DNA of 43,136 nt from a virus (taxonomy: Duplodnaviria > Caudoviricetes): positions 1-43,136 of IMG/VR virus record IMGVR_UViG_3300037092_000017; one strand, given 5' to 3'. The number at the start of each line of letters is the position of its first letter. Position 1 is the first letter of the stretch. The position numbers were made by a program, and so were the translations under genes. The notes beneath the pieces were generated by a model, which had not been told where the DNA came from, made no database searches, and worked only from the letters and a program-made list of their open reading frames with translations. Shown here one piece after another: positions 8,584-18,184 of the stretch.

Positions 8584-9525
8584 TCAGACCGTTTTCTTGA
8601 GCGCGGCCAGGGCGTTCGGGTAGTTGCTGAAGGCGCAGGCCCCGTTGTTCCAAATGATCGCTGGGCCGGTACAATTGGCCTTGATCCACGCCACCATCGA
8701 GGTGATGAAGGCCGGGTCGTCACCGCCGCCCTGCTCGCTGTTCGTGCCAGGCGTGCCTACGGCCCACAATCCCCATTCTCCGAGGCCACACTGGACGCCC
8801 TGCGACTTGCAGAAGTTGACCAGCCACGCCAGCCCATAGGGTTGCGCAAGCATGAAGTTGAACTCTGCGGGCTCTGTAATCGCCCCCGTCTGCCACTGGG
8901 TGTCGTAGACATCCAGTGCGGCGCAGGTGACATAGGGGGCGCCAGGGAAGTAGGTGGCAAGGTCCCCCACGCCAAGGTCTCCGCGCGTCGGGTTCCACAT
9001 CGTCGGCAAGCCCGGGATCACAGAGCGCGTCACCTTGACGATGCGCCGGAACGCTGCAATGAACTCGGCTGCCATCCCGTTCGCCGCCCATGGGAACCAA
9101 CCGCCGTTGAACTCCCAGCCGAGGCGGATCATGCAGTTCGACGCGCCAAACCCGTTGGCGACTAGCGCCTGAGCTTGGGACTTGAACACGGCGTCATAGG
9201 TCCCGGCGGCTACGGCGGCGAACAGTGGGCCGGCCGCACCTGGAGCGCAGTTCGGGATCATCGGCACGCCGAGCAGCAGCTTGCGACCACAGCCCTTCCA
9301 CTGCGCTATCGGCCAGGTGTCGCCGCCCGGCCCGAACATGCCGCCCTCGTCGCCGAAATCCAGCCGCCACGGCATCGGTCCCACGGATGCCTCGAACGCT
9401 GCCGTGCCGCTCACGTCGGCCGCCGTGGTGTAGCAGCCGAAGTCCACCGGCTTGGCTATGAAGGTCACCGTCCCATCCGGGTTGGTGGTCTGCACATATT
9501 TCGTGCCTGTCGTCATCGTCGTCAT
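8584..9525 (-). CDS. Glycoside hydrolase family 26-like protein
   Basis: IRLGWEFNGGWFPW (acid/base Glu), YFPG..YV...LDVYD and GEWG (nucleophile Glu). Confidence 0.85.
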   Translation of the reverse strand: MTTMTTGTKYVQTTNPDGTVTFIAKPVDFGCYTTAADVSGTAAFEASVGPMPWRLDFGDEGGMFGPGGDTWPIAQWKGCGRKLLLGVPMIPNCAPGAAGPLFAAVAAGTYDAVFKSQAQALVANGFGASNCMIRLGWEFNGGWFPWAANGMAAEFIAAFRRIVKVTRSVIPGLPTMWNPTRGDLGVGDLATYFPGAPYVTCAALDVYDTQWQTGAITEPAEFNFMLAQPYGLAWLVNFCKSQGVQCGLGEWGLWAVGTPGTNSEQGGGDDPAFITSMVAWIKANCTGPAIIWNNGACAFSNYPNALAALKKTV

Positions 9526-11882
9526 TAGTGTCCCGCCGCGAGCTTGAACGGCAGAGCGCCGTTGCGTTGCATATACAGCCGCAGCTTGTTCACGATGTCC
9601 TGCGGATCGTTGCTGACAACAGTGAAGTAGTAGGTGTCGTGACTGTCGATGGCGTGGCTCGTCGCCGCCCTGCTACCGCTGCCGGACGAGAACGGGTTGG
9701 CGCCGATGGCGTTGCCGGCCATGACCTGCCTGGTCTGCGTTGCGTTGAGCACGAGTTCCGGGCCAGCTTCGGCGACACCTACAAGCGTCGGCTTGGTCAC
9801 CAGGCCACCGGTCCCTAGCCAGTGCGTGGGATTGATGTCGTTGAGGGCCGTGTGGGCGGCAGCACCGACCTTCGATGCGATAGCGCCGCCGATGTTCCCG
9901 AGGCCCTTCACGATGGCGTTGAATATCTCGTGGCCCAGGTTGAGGAAGTCGCCCACGATGGTGTTGACGGCCTGCCTGATCTTGCCGGGCAGGTTGGTGA
10001 AGAAACCCACGATCTTGTTGACCACGTTGCCGGCGTCGGTGGCGATCGCCCCGAAGTGATTCGACACCCAGGTCACGATGCCGGAGATCCACGCGATTAT
10101 CTGCGTATTACCACCCTTGAAGAAGTTGATGACGTCAGTGACGACATGCGAGATGTCGGTGACGATGCCGCCGAAGTTCTTCGACACCCAGTTCACGACG
10201 GCGGAGAAGAACCCGATGATCTGCGTGTGGAAGCGCAGGAAGATCGCCAGCACCGGAGCAACGGGAGCGAGCAGGATCTCGGAGATCAGCTCCCAGTGCT
10301 TCTTGATGAAGGTCACCACGTCGGAGAACGCACCCCGGATCGGCTTGATGAAGTTGTTGTCGATGAAGTGCCAGACAGCAGTGGGGACGGCCTTGAGCGC
10401 GTCCCAGGTCTCTTTCCAGTGCTTGTTCATCCATAACAGGCCGACGGCTATGGCAGCGACGAGGATGACGATGCCGCCCGTTGCCGCCACCCAGAAGGCC
10501 ATGGCCTGGATCTTCTGCCCGACCCAGAAGGCCAACATGGTTAACCCGAGGGCAGCGAAGGCGGCACCCATGGCGCCGAGGATCCACTTGTGTGTGACGA
10601 GGAAGTTCAGAACCTCGGTGACGATCGGCAGCAACTTCACCCCGATTGCGGTCACGAGGTCGCCGACACCGTTCTTCAGCTTGTCGAACGAGTCCTTGAG
10701 GCCGGACGTCGCCGTCTCGGCTGCCTTATGCGCCGATCCGGCCTGCTGGACCGAGGCCGCGTCCGCATCAAACGCCGCCGGTCCCGCCTTGATGGTGTCT
10801 ACGAGCTTCGACGATGCAGAACCAAAGCCGAGTGACTTCAGTTCTGCAATAGCCTGCTCGTTGCCCATCCCCTTGATGAGCGGTGACACCTGAGCAATGA
10901 TGGACTGCATCGACACGAGGCCGCCGTGGCCGTTACTGAACGAGACGTTCGCCGCGTCCTGTGCGGCCTTGACCGCTTGCTGCGCCGTCGTTAGGGTGCC
11001 CGCTGGCGTTACGAGGTTGTTGAAGGCCGTCCCGAGCGCAGACATGGCCGCGCGGCCGGTCTCGCCGTGTTTGGCCATGTCGAGGAGGAGTGCGGCCGAG
11101 TCGGTGAGGGACGGGGCGAGGTCGCCCATCTTCGACTTGGTCTTGACGAGCGACTGGGTGAGCGCGTCGACGGTGACGCCGGTAGCCTTGGACGCGTTAT
11201 ATAGGACGTTGGAGACGAGAGGCGAGCTGCTGATCCCGAGGCCAAAGGCCTGCAACGTCGCGGTCACGTCACCCGTCGTCGTGTTGAGGTTCTGCCCGCT
11301 TGCTTCGGCCAGGTCCATCGCCGACTTCATGAGATCCAGCGATTGTTTGGCATCGAGAGCGTGGCCGTTGATGGCCTCGGCCTGGCCTGCGACTCCGGCG
11401 AATGCTGTGGCGATCTGCGCTCCAGAATAGGTGACGGTGCCGGCCGTCCCCAGGAAGGCGTTGCCCACCGCGGCAGCGGCCTTTTGCGTGATGTTTTCGT
11501 TCGCCGCGATCTGGTTCGTGATCCCCTGGTACTTCTCGGCCATGTCGAGGCCGGCGGCGACTACCGCTACGGCACCTGCGGCTACGGCGACCCCTACCAA
11601 CCCGCCGAGTGCCCCCATTTTGTTTGTGAGGTTCTCACCCTTGGAGCCGGTGTCGTCAAACTTCGTGCCCATCTTGGTGATGGCGTTGCCGGCCGTTGTG
11701 CTGTAGTTGCCGACGGTATTTCCGAGCTTCTCGAAGAGGCCGCCGATCTTGGACGACTCGCCCTCCACTGATTTGCCTACTTTGCCGGCGGACTTGTCGG
11801 CGGCCGCGGATGTGGCCTCGAACGCTGCGACTGCCCCGGCACTTGAGCCGGTGATCACTGCCCTGAGTACGCGGTCAGCCAT
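9525..11882 (-). CDS. Tape measure protein
   Basis: About 785 aa, Ala/Gly-rich and helical with periodic W/F; C-terminal GGLVTKPTL...AEAGPE; follows the chaperone and gp10-like gene. Confidence 0.9.
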   Translation of the reverse strand: MADRVLRAVITGSSAGAVAAFEATSAAADKSAGKVGKSVEGESSKIGGLFEKLGNTVGNYSTTAGNAITKMGTKFDDTGSKGENLTNKMGALGGLVGVAVAAGAVAVVAAGLDMAEKYQGITNQIAANENITQKAAAAVGNAFLGTAGTVTYSGAQIATAFAGVAGQAEAINGHALDAKQSLDLMKSAMDLAEASGQNLNTTTGDVTATLQAFGLGISSSPLVSNVLYNASKATGVTVDALTQSLVKTKSKMGDLAPSLTDSAALLLDMAKHGETGRAAMSALGTAFNNLVTPAGTLTTAQQAVKAAQDAANVSFSNGHGGLVSMQSIIAQVSPLIKGMGNEQAIAELKSLGFGSASSKLVDTIKAGPAAFDADAASVQQAGSAHKAAETATSGLKDSFDKLKNGVGDLVTAIGVKLLPIVTEVLNFLVTHKWILGAMGAAFAALGLTMLAFWVGQKIQAMAFWVAATGGIVILVAAIAVGLLWMNKHWKETWDALKAVPTAVWHFIDNNFIKPIRGAFSDVVTFIKKHWELISEILLAPVAPVLAIFLRFHTQIIGFFSAVVNWVSKNFGGIVTDISHVVTDVINFFKGGNTQIIAWISGIVTWVSNHFGAIATDAGNVVNKIVGFFTNLPGKIRQAVNTIVGDFLNLGHEIFNAIVKGLGNIGGAIASKVGAAAHTALNDINPTHWLGTGGLVTKPTLVGVAEAGPELVLNATQTRQVMAGNAIGANPFSSGSGSRAATSHAIDSHDTYYFTVVSNDPQDIVNKLRLYMQRNGALPFKLAAGH

Positions 11883-11883
11883 G

Positions 11884-12390
11884 TCAGAGCTCCTCGTCGG
11901 TACAGGCAACTAAGATGGCCCAGTCGAGCGCCTCAACTGCGGCGGCCCAAGCCTCGGGGGCGTGCTCATGCAATGCTCGCAAGAGGTAAGGGTGCATAGG
12001 CTGGTCACGCCATGGCGCGTTCGGGCGTTTCGTGTTCCTGCCACCGAAGACCGGATGCGCGAACATTCCCTCCGGAGCACGACCACCAGTGCTCGGCTTG
12101 TTGCCGAGTTCGAGCAGCGCAGCCATGGGGACGCCACCGACGCCAGCCACGACGGCAACCGTCGCGCTAGACACGCGCGTCTTGATGCTCGTCACGGCCG
12201 GCGACGAATACGGTTCGACGTTGGCCTTTGCTGCGGCCTCGACATCGCTGCCGGCAGCACGCAGGCGAATCTGGAGTTGCTTGTACAGCCCCTTGTCGGC
12301 CTTGCGGAGCGCCTTGGCGAACTTGGCGAAGTCGCGCGTGTCGAGCCCGATGCCGCCGGTTGACAGGGTGACGGTGTCGGTCTTCGCCAT
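11884..12390 (-). CDS. HK97 gp10-like tail completion protein
   Basis: LLELG...HPVFG...QPMHPYL pattern; basic protein. Confidence 0.65.
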   Translation of the reverse strand: MAKTDTVTLSTGGIGLDTRDFAKFAKALRKADKGLYKQLQIRLRAAGSDVEAAAKANVEPYSSPAVTSIKTRVSSATVAVVAGVGGVPMAALLELGNKPSTGGRAPEGMFAHPVFGGRNTKRPNAPWRDQPMHPYLLRALHEHAPEAWAAAVEALDWAILVACTDEEL

Positions 12391-12393
12391 CGC

Positions 12394-12794
12394 TCACCCC
12401 TTCCCGTGGTACCGGACAGCCTCGTCCCAGAGGATCTCGAAGAAGTCGTCGGGTAGGTCGGGGTCGAGCAACGCCCGCGGGTCGATCCCCGTTACAACGG
12501 CGAGTCGGGCGACGCGCTCGGTGAAGGATCCGGGACGAAAGGGGCGGCTTCCTCTACCACGTCGACGTCCACGATGCCCTCGAGCCATTCGTTGAACGGC
12601 TTGACGACGATGCCCCGGCGGTGCTCGGCGTCCCACGCGAGCCAGTACACGTACTCCTCGCGCTTGGAGTCCCCGAGCATCCCGATGCCGCACGAGTACT
12701 GCCGTTCGAAGGCGACCTTGGTAACCGGCAGCACCCGGACGGTGTTGATGGTGCCGTCCGAGTGCTCGACCGTGAGCGTGAGTATGTTTGCCAT
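12394..12794 (-). CDS. Tail assembly chaperone (short form 12492-12794; long form by -1 frameshift to 12394)
   Basis: Slippery C CCT TTC at 12537-12543; the -1 frame continues FRPGSFTERVARLAVVTGIDPRALL. Confidence 0.75.
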
Positions 12795-12817
12795 GGCGGT
12801 GTCTCCTTGGTTGAGGG

Positions 12818-13225
12818 CTAGGTCGTGGCTGTCGTGATCGAGCCGGACACCGGCCAGGTGATCGACGTCACGTTGAGGTCGCCAACCTTGCCGCTAAGGG
12901 GCTTGAAGTCGTTGACGAGGACGACGCCGGTGAACGCGGGGTTCACAGACGATGTCGCCTGGTTCAGCGTCTTGACGTTGAACGAGCACGTCGAGCCGAC
13001 GAGCGGCTGGATCGTGGCGTAGACCGAGGCCACCGCGAGGTCGTTCTGCATATCGAGGGTGAGCTTGTGGTCTCCGAGACCGGCGATGCGGGTCTTGGAC
13101 GTCTGACCGAACGCGGTCGTGTCGACGTCGGCATAGGACTCCTCGACAGAAACGCTCGTAACGTGGTTGGATAGGTCGACACTGTTGAGAATGACTTGAA
13201 CATTCGTCAAGACAGTTATGGCCAT
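12818..13225 (-). CDS. Major tail protein
   Basis: INSVDLSNHVTSV-like start, DTTAFG, GKVGDL...TWPVSG. Confidence 0.85.
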   Translation of the reverse strand: MAITVLTNVQVILNSVDLSNHVTSVSVEESYADVDTTAFGQTSKTRIAGLGDHKLTLDMQNDLAVASVYATIQPLVGSTCSFNVKTLNQATSSVNPAFTGVVLVNDFKPLSGKVGDLNVTSITWPVSGSITTATT

Positions 13226-13230
13226 GGCAT

Positions 13231-13407
13231 TTACTCCTTCTTGCTCGTGGCCTTCTCGGCCAGGTTTGGTTTCGGGTCGACAGCGGGCACCAGGGCACCG
13301 CCGGCAAGCAGCGCGGCGACGTTGCAGCCCCCGAGCTGCTCGTCACTCACGACTTCGCCGAAGCGGCCCAGCACCGTGTTGTCGCACGCGATCTGATACT
13401 TCGCCAT
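13231..13407 (-). CDS. Small hypothetical virion-region protein
   Basis: MAKYQIACDN...NVAALLAGGAL; SD GAGGAGG. Confidence 0.65.
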   Translation of the reverse strand: MAKYQIACDNTVLGRFGEVVSDEQLGGCNVAALLAGGALVPAVDPKPNLAEKATSKKE

Positions 13408-13419
13408 CAGTCCTCCTCG

Positions 13420-13836
13420 TCAAGCGTGCGCGGTCACTGAAAATGGCACCCAGATGTACACGGCGCTCCCGATCGTGAGTCCCGACGGCGGCCCGGACTC
13501 CGTGACGATGGACGTGGACACGACGCCGCCAAGGGTGGGGTCGGCTTCCAGCGCCGCCATGATCGAGTTCGGCCCCGACTGGCTCATGTAGCCCTCGAGG
13601 TTCTGCAACCCGGCGCGGTCACTGGCGCGGCTGACGATCAGGTGGATGATGAACTCATGCGTGACATCGCCGCCCTGGAACGCACCGTGATAGGTGACCT
13701 TCTCGATCGCCACCATCGCGACCGGCGGCGAGACCGTGTCGCCCAGGTAGGGGACGACGCGCAGGCCCGTGATCGTTTCGAGCGCCTTTTGGATGGCGGC
13801 GGCGATCTCGGTGACGGTAGGTTCAGTGGCGCTCAT
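13420..13836 (-). CDS. Tail terminator
   Basis: ITGLRV...SIMAALEADPTLGGVV motif; upstream of the major tail gene. Confidence 0.75.
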   Translation of the reverse strand: MSATEPTVTEIAAAIQKALETITGLRVVPYLGDTVSPPVAMVAIEKVTYHGAFQGGDVTHEFIIHLIVSRASDRAGLQNLEGYMSQSGPNSIMAALEADPTLGGVVSTSIVTESGPPSGLTIGSAVYIWVPFSVTAHA

Positions 13837-15308
13837 ACAACACCGGTCCAGACGCCGCCAGCCTTGAAGTAAATCCGTGTGCCTGCGCCGCCGTCCTGGC
13901 GGAAGTAGAAGTCCCCGTTGGAGCCATAGCTCCCGGGGGTACCTGAGCCAGTGAGGAGCGAGGAGCGCTGGGTCCCGCCTGAGTCGTAAGTCTGGATCTC
14001 GCAAGCGCCGGTGACCGGGGCGGCCGCGACCGCCCCATTATTCAACCCGGGGACAGGTCGTAGAAAGATACTCCCGGTGTTCGCCTCGAGGTAGACGTTC
14101 GTGCCGTCGCTGTGTAAGTCCGGGCCGCCGCCGGGGAAACCAGCGCCCAACACTACGCCGTACTCAGCTCCGACAGGGCCGAAGAACGTGGAACTGAAGG
14201 CCATCTGGTCGTAGCTGATGTTGCCGAACACCACATCGCCATAGGAGGAGTAGGACAACCCCGAGCCATTGACGGCAATGTTCGTGAGCACGTTGTTGGC
14301 GACTAGGTTGTTGGAACGGTTGACAGTCCCGGAGTCATAGCCGATTCCGGAAACGGGGCTGCTGTTGCCAAGGCAGTTCCCACAGATGACCGAGCCGACG
14401 CCACAGGCATAGATCCCGCCGATCCCGTGGTTGTATGATCGACATCCGATCATCGTCAGTCGGCTTGGCTGGCCGCTGTCGAAGTCAGCGTAGTTGCCGC
14501 TCGAATCATGCCAGTCGCATCCGATCACGATTGCATCGGACCAATCGCCGCTGCCGAGGTTGTCATAATGGACGACGCTCGACGGAGGCTGGCCAACCGA
14601 GTCGAACTCGCAACCGAGCAGCCTCACACCACGCGTGGGCTGGAACGTGTACCCGGTGGGTCGGTAAAACCTAACGTCCTCAAAGGTGTGGAACAGGTCC
14701 GGTGCCGAAGGACTGCTGGCAGACTGGTTAGGCGGGCAGATAGACACGAGGGCGCCAGCCGGGCCGCCGGCCGGCTGGGCGAGGGCTCCTCCGCCAATGC
14801 CCGAGTAGTTCCCGTCGAGAGTCAAGTCCTCCACGATCATCTGAGCGAGGATTGGGTTGTTGCCTGAGGCGCCGTAACCGAAAAGGCCTGCATAAATAAA
14901 CTGTTGCCCGGCTAGAAGGGTCGTAGTCCTAGTCCCGGCCCCCTGGATCACGACCGTCAGGCCCGCTCCACTGGTGAACCCTGACGCGGCAGAGCCTGGG
15001 GCGGGAACGAGGGAGTAGGCGTTGACCAGATAAGTCCCTGGTGGCAGGTAGACCGTACCGCCCGCCGTCAACGCCGCATTGATCGCTGCCTGAATAGCCA
15101 CACAATCGTCGGTGATGCCGTCGCCCTTGGCGCCAAAAGGGGCAGCCTTGACGTTAAAGACGTGGGCTGCCAGCAGCCACGTCTCTATCGCATTGACCTC
15201 GCCATTGATCGCGGCCATCTGTTCGGCCGGGCCAACCGCGCCGGTCGCGCGATACGTAGATGGCGTCGGGTTGGACTGGCTGAAGATGCTGCCGGGGAAT
15301 ACTGGCAT
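13833..15308 (-). CDS. Right-handed beta-helix (pectate lyase 3-like) spike/depolymerase
   Basis: FNVKAAPFGAKGDGITDDCVAIQAAI...GGTVYLPPGTY; Asn/Gly-rich repeats. Confidence 0.8.
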   Translation of the reverse strand: MPVFPGSIFSQSNPTPSTYRATGAVGPAEQMAAINGEVNAIETWLLAAHVFNVKAAPFGAKGDGITDDCVAIQAAINAALTAGGTVYLPPGTYLVNAYSLVPAPGSAASGFTSGAGLTVVIQGAGTRTTTLLAGQQFIYAGLFGYGASGNNPILAQMIVEDLTLDGNYSGIGGGALAQPAGGPAGALVSICPPNQSASSPSAPDLFHTFEDVRFYRPTGYTFQPTRGVRLLGCEFDSVGQPPSSVVHYDNLGSGDWSDAIVIGCDWHDSSGNYADFDSGQPSRLTMIGCRSYNHGIGGIYACGVGSVICGNCLGNSSPVSGIGYDSGTVNRSNNLVANNVLTNIAVNGSGLSYSSYGDVVFGNISYDQMAFSSTFFGPVGAEYGVVLGAGFPGGGPDLHSDGTNVYLEANTGSIFLRPVPGLNNGAVAAAPVTGACEIQTYDSGGTQRSSLLTGSGTPGSYGSNGDFYFRQDGGAGTRIYFKAGGVWTGVV

Positions 15309-15324
15309 CAGTCGTTCCTCATCT

Positions 15325-16218
15325 CTAGGCCACGAAAACCGAGTTCTCGGAGTACCGCTCAATGAGCAGCTCGGCCGTCGGGTGCAATGCCGTCTTGAGG
15401 CGCACGATGCCGGACTCGGCGAACGGTGTCGCTCCGAACGGCACGTCGTCGCTGCGGAAGATCGAGATGGCCTGGACGATGGCCGCCTTCTGCACCATCG
15501 TCGGGATGGCGTTCCAGCCCCAGCGCGCGGTCACTCGCACGAGCGCCTGTGTGTACGGCTTCGGGTAGGCGATGCCGCCCCACACCGGGAAGTACAGCGA
15601 CCGGACGGCGCGGATCTGCGTGGTCGGCCAGGACTCGCCCTGCCATAATCCATTGACCGGCTCCAGTTGCATGTCGGCCGCCGCCCACGTCGTGCCGAAC
15701 GTGCCGTCGCCGGCGTAGTCCGATTGGACGGTCAGGCCCCAGTTGGCGTAGAAGTCGTCGGTCTGTACGAGCCACGGGTCACTCGAGACGTACTGGCGCG
15801 GGGCGAGCCCGATTGTCAGGGTTTCCACGCCGCCACCAGTGGCCGGCAGCGCCGTGCCCTCGAAGTTCACGAGCTGGAAGCTCACCCCGGCGACGACGTT
15901 GCCGACGAGGGACTGAGGCGTACCGAGAGCACCCGTGTCATTCGGCACGTAGCCGAGAGGGTCGGTCACGATGCGTCCCGCGTCGGTGAGCTGGATCGCC
16001 GCGTCGAGCACGAGGGCACTGCCGTTGACGAGCGTGCAGCCTGCGTCAGTCCGTGGCGCCGGATCCTGCCAGAAGCGACGGTTGCACTTCTCCTCTATAA
16101 GCCTGCTGGCCGAGTCGATGGCAAGCGAGATACGGTCGTCGTCGCGCGTGTCGGTGATCTGGAGCGCGGACTTGACGTCAGTGAGCGCGCAGAGGCCACT
16201 GGTGATGGAGAATGACAT
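15325..16218 (-). CDS. Head-to-tail adaptor
   Basis: LTDVKSAL...SASRLIEEKCNRRFW and VRVTARWGWNAIP..V.KA. Confidence 0.8.
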   Translation of the reverse strand: MSFSITSGLCALTDVKSALQITDTRDDDRISLAIDSASRLIEEKCNRRFWQDPAPRTDAGCTLVNGSALVLDAAIQLTDAGRIVTDPLGYVPNDTGALGTPQSLVGNVVAGVSFQLVNFEGTALPATGGGVETLTIGLAPRQYVSSDPWLVQTDDFYANWGLTVQSDYAGDGTFGTTWAAADMQLEPVNGLWQGESWPTTQIRAVRSLYFPVWGGIAYPKPYTQALVRVTARWGWNAIPTMVQKAAIVQAISIFRSDDVPFGATPFAESGIVRLKTALHPTAELLIERYSENSVFVA

Positions 16219-16233
16219 TGGACCTCGGCTCTC

Positions 16234-17673
16234 TCAGTGTGGCAGGTTGGCCTTCACCCGGCGCTCGAACTCTGCCTTGTCTTCGGCGGCGTGCTTCTCG
16301 CCTGCCTTGTAGACCTCGTCCATCTCGCCACCACCGAAGTATGGGTGGAGATGTTCGACCTCTGACGCCATCGCTGACTGGAAGACGCCACGTTGCTTGG
16401 CGACTGTGACTATTTCGTCGTCAACGCACCAGTGAAAATACGATTCGTGGCAAACGACGCCCGGTCCATCCCAGCTCGCCCCGAGCTCGTCTATGTACGA
16501 GCGGCGGATCATCGAGTGCGTCGAGTGCTCACCGCGCATGACGCGAGGATTCGCCAGGTCGTTGGTCCCTACCACCTGGGCGCCGTAGCGTCGGGCGACG
16601 TCCTGGGCGTGATCCAACCACGCCGGGCGGAAACGCACGTCGTCGCCGACTAGCAGAATCCAGGGCGCGAGCTCGTGCTCACCCCTGAGGTCGTCGGCAA
16701 TGAAATCGTAGGCCAGGTTCACCTTCTGCGGAAAGCTATGACACTCAGGCGAGGTGATGACTTCGCCACCGCAGCGGATGACCTCGGCAATCTCCTCCTC
16801 GTCGCCCGCCTCGCAGACGAACCAGGCTGTCGCCAGCCCCGTCGAAGCGATGAGCGATGTCATGAGCGGCTCGACGTTCTGCGGCCGGTGGAGCACGGGG
16901 ATGATGACGTCGACGCGCTCGGTAGCCGGCGGCGGCACGAACGAGGTCCAGAAGTCCGGCTCGGACAGCCATAGGTGCTTGAAGTGCGATGTGCGGATGC
17001 CCGTGTGGATGTGGAGCGGGATCTCGTTCACGCGGAGGCGCTCGCAGAAGCTGACGTCCTCGCCCATCAGGTCTTTGCCGGCGGGGTCCATGATCCGATC
17101 AAACCAGTGTTCGCCGATTGCCTCGAGGGCCGAGCGGTGGATGAGTAGGCAGGCGGCACCGGTCCCGCTGCACTTCACGAGGGCATTGACGGGATAGTGA
17201 CTGCGGCCGGTGTGGCGCCAGTGCCCGTCGGGGTGCTCGACGAAGTCCATAATGGTCGGGTTCGGACGGCAGCGGAAACCGTTCATTCCATCCGGCCCTG
17301 TCTCGCGTTGAGCGAAAGCCAGCGCACCGACGACGGGGCGAACCTTCGGGTCGGCAACGGACAGCAGCATCTCCAGCACCCATGGCTCAAAACCCATATC
17401 GGCGTCGATGAAGAACAGCCACTCGCAGTCGGTGAGCAACATCTTCCGGCACGCATCGTTGCGGCCTTCGGGGATGCCCATCGCCCCGCACTGGACCTGG
17501 CACCACGAGTGGAGGCGGCGGGGACCGGACAGGTCGTGACCGATGAGGTCAATGAGGGACTTGTGAAAGCTCGACGTGACCTCGTGCGGGTGGAGGTAGG
17601 CAAGGAAGACGTTATTTTGGTCGGCGGCGGCGTGCTCCACTGTCGTGGTCTTGCCGGCGGCTTGGCCCCTCAC
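16234..17673 (-). CDS. Two-domain GT2-like glycosyltransferase
   Basis: GRN...WLFFIDADMGF...GEDVSFC, plus a second domain VIIPVLHRP...LVGDDVRF. Confidence 0.8.
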   Translation of the reverse strand: MRGQAAGKTTTVEHAAADQNNVFLAYLHPHEVTSSFHKSLIDLIGHDLSGPRRLHSWCQVQCGAMGIPEGRNDACRKMLLTDCEWLFFIDADMGFEPWVLEMLLSVADPKVRPVVGALAFAQRETGPDGMNGFRCRPNPTIMDFVEHPDGHWRHTGRSHYPVNALVKCSGTGAACLLIHRSALEAIGEHWFDRIMDPAGKDLMGEDVSFCERLRVNEIPLHIHTGIRTSHFKHLWLSEPDFWTSFVPPPATERVDVIIPVLHRPQNVEPLMTSLIASTGLATAWFVCEAGDEEEIAEVIRCGGEVITSPECHSFPQKVNLAYDFIADDLRGEHELAPWILLVGDDVRFRPAWLDHAQDVARRYGAQVVGTNDLANPRVMRGEHSTHSMIRRSYIDELGASWDGPGVVCHESYFHWCVDDEIVTVAKQRGVFQSAMASEVEHLHPYFGGGEMDEVYKAGEKHAAEDKAEFERRVKANLPH

Positions 17674-17948
17674 TGGATGGCGCGGAGTTTCTCAGCAACA
17701 TCGCTGGCGGTTCCCGGTCGAATCGTGATGAGGCGCTGACCGAACCCAGCCACGCCTAGGTGAAATGGAAAGTCATAACTACGTTCGAGAGCACTTGTTG
17801 GCACCACGAGCGGTCGTGACAGATCGTCGTTCCGCGCTGCAAGATTGCCGACTATGCCACGTAGGACGGCGTTCTCTCGCCGAAGGGCGCTGCGCTCGCG
17901 TTGTTTAAGAAGCGCGCCAATCTCGGGTGTAATGATTGTGTCCATCAC
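17670..17948 (-). CDS. Hypothetical protein
   Basis: 92 aa ORF coupled at both ends. Confidence 0.55.
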   Translation of the reverse strand: MMDTIITPEIGALLKQRERSALRRENAVLRGIVGNLAARNDDLSRPLVVPTSALERSYDFPFHLGVAGFGQRLITIRPGTASDVAEKLRAIQ

Positions 17949-18184
17949 CGGTTGCGGCGCTGGCCAGGGTTCCGGGTGGCCTGCTCGACCTCGCCGCGAA
18001 GCTCACCGATGGTGATCGGAGCGGTTGTGCGACACACAGTCGTCGGCTCGGGGCTGAACAGGTCAGGTCTTTCTGTACAAATGGGATCATCCGCTGCCCA
18101 CACGGCTCCTTGCGTTAAATGCACCGTAAGACCGGCCTTGGTCCCCGTGCTGAGCGTGTCTCTGGCATAAACGACTGCAGTCAT
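17945..18184 (-). CDS. Small head-region protein
   Basis: WAADDP...PDLF...VEQATRNPGQRR resembles the small gene that usually follows actinophage capsid genes. Confidence 0.65.
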   Translation of the reverse strand: MTAVVYARDTLSTGTKAGLTVHLTQGAVWAADDPICTERPDLFSPEPTTVCRTTAPITIGELRGEVEQATRNPGQRRNR

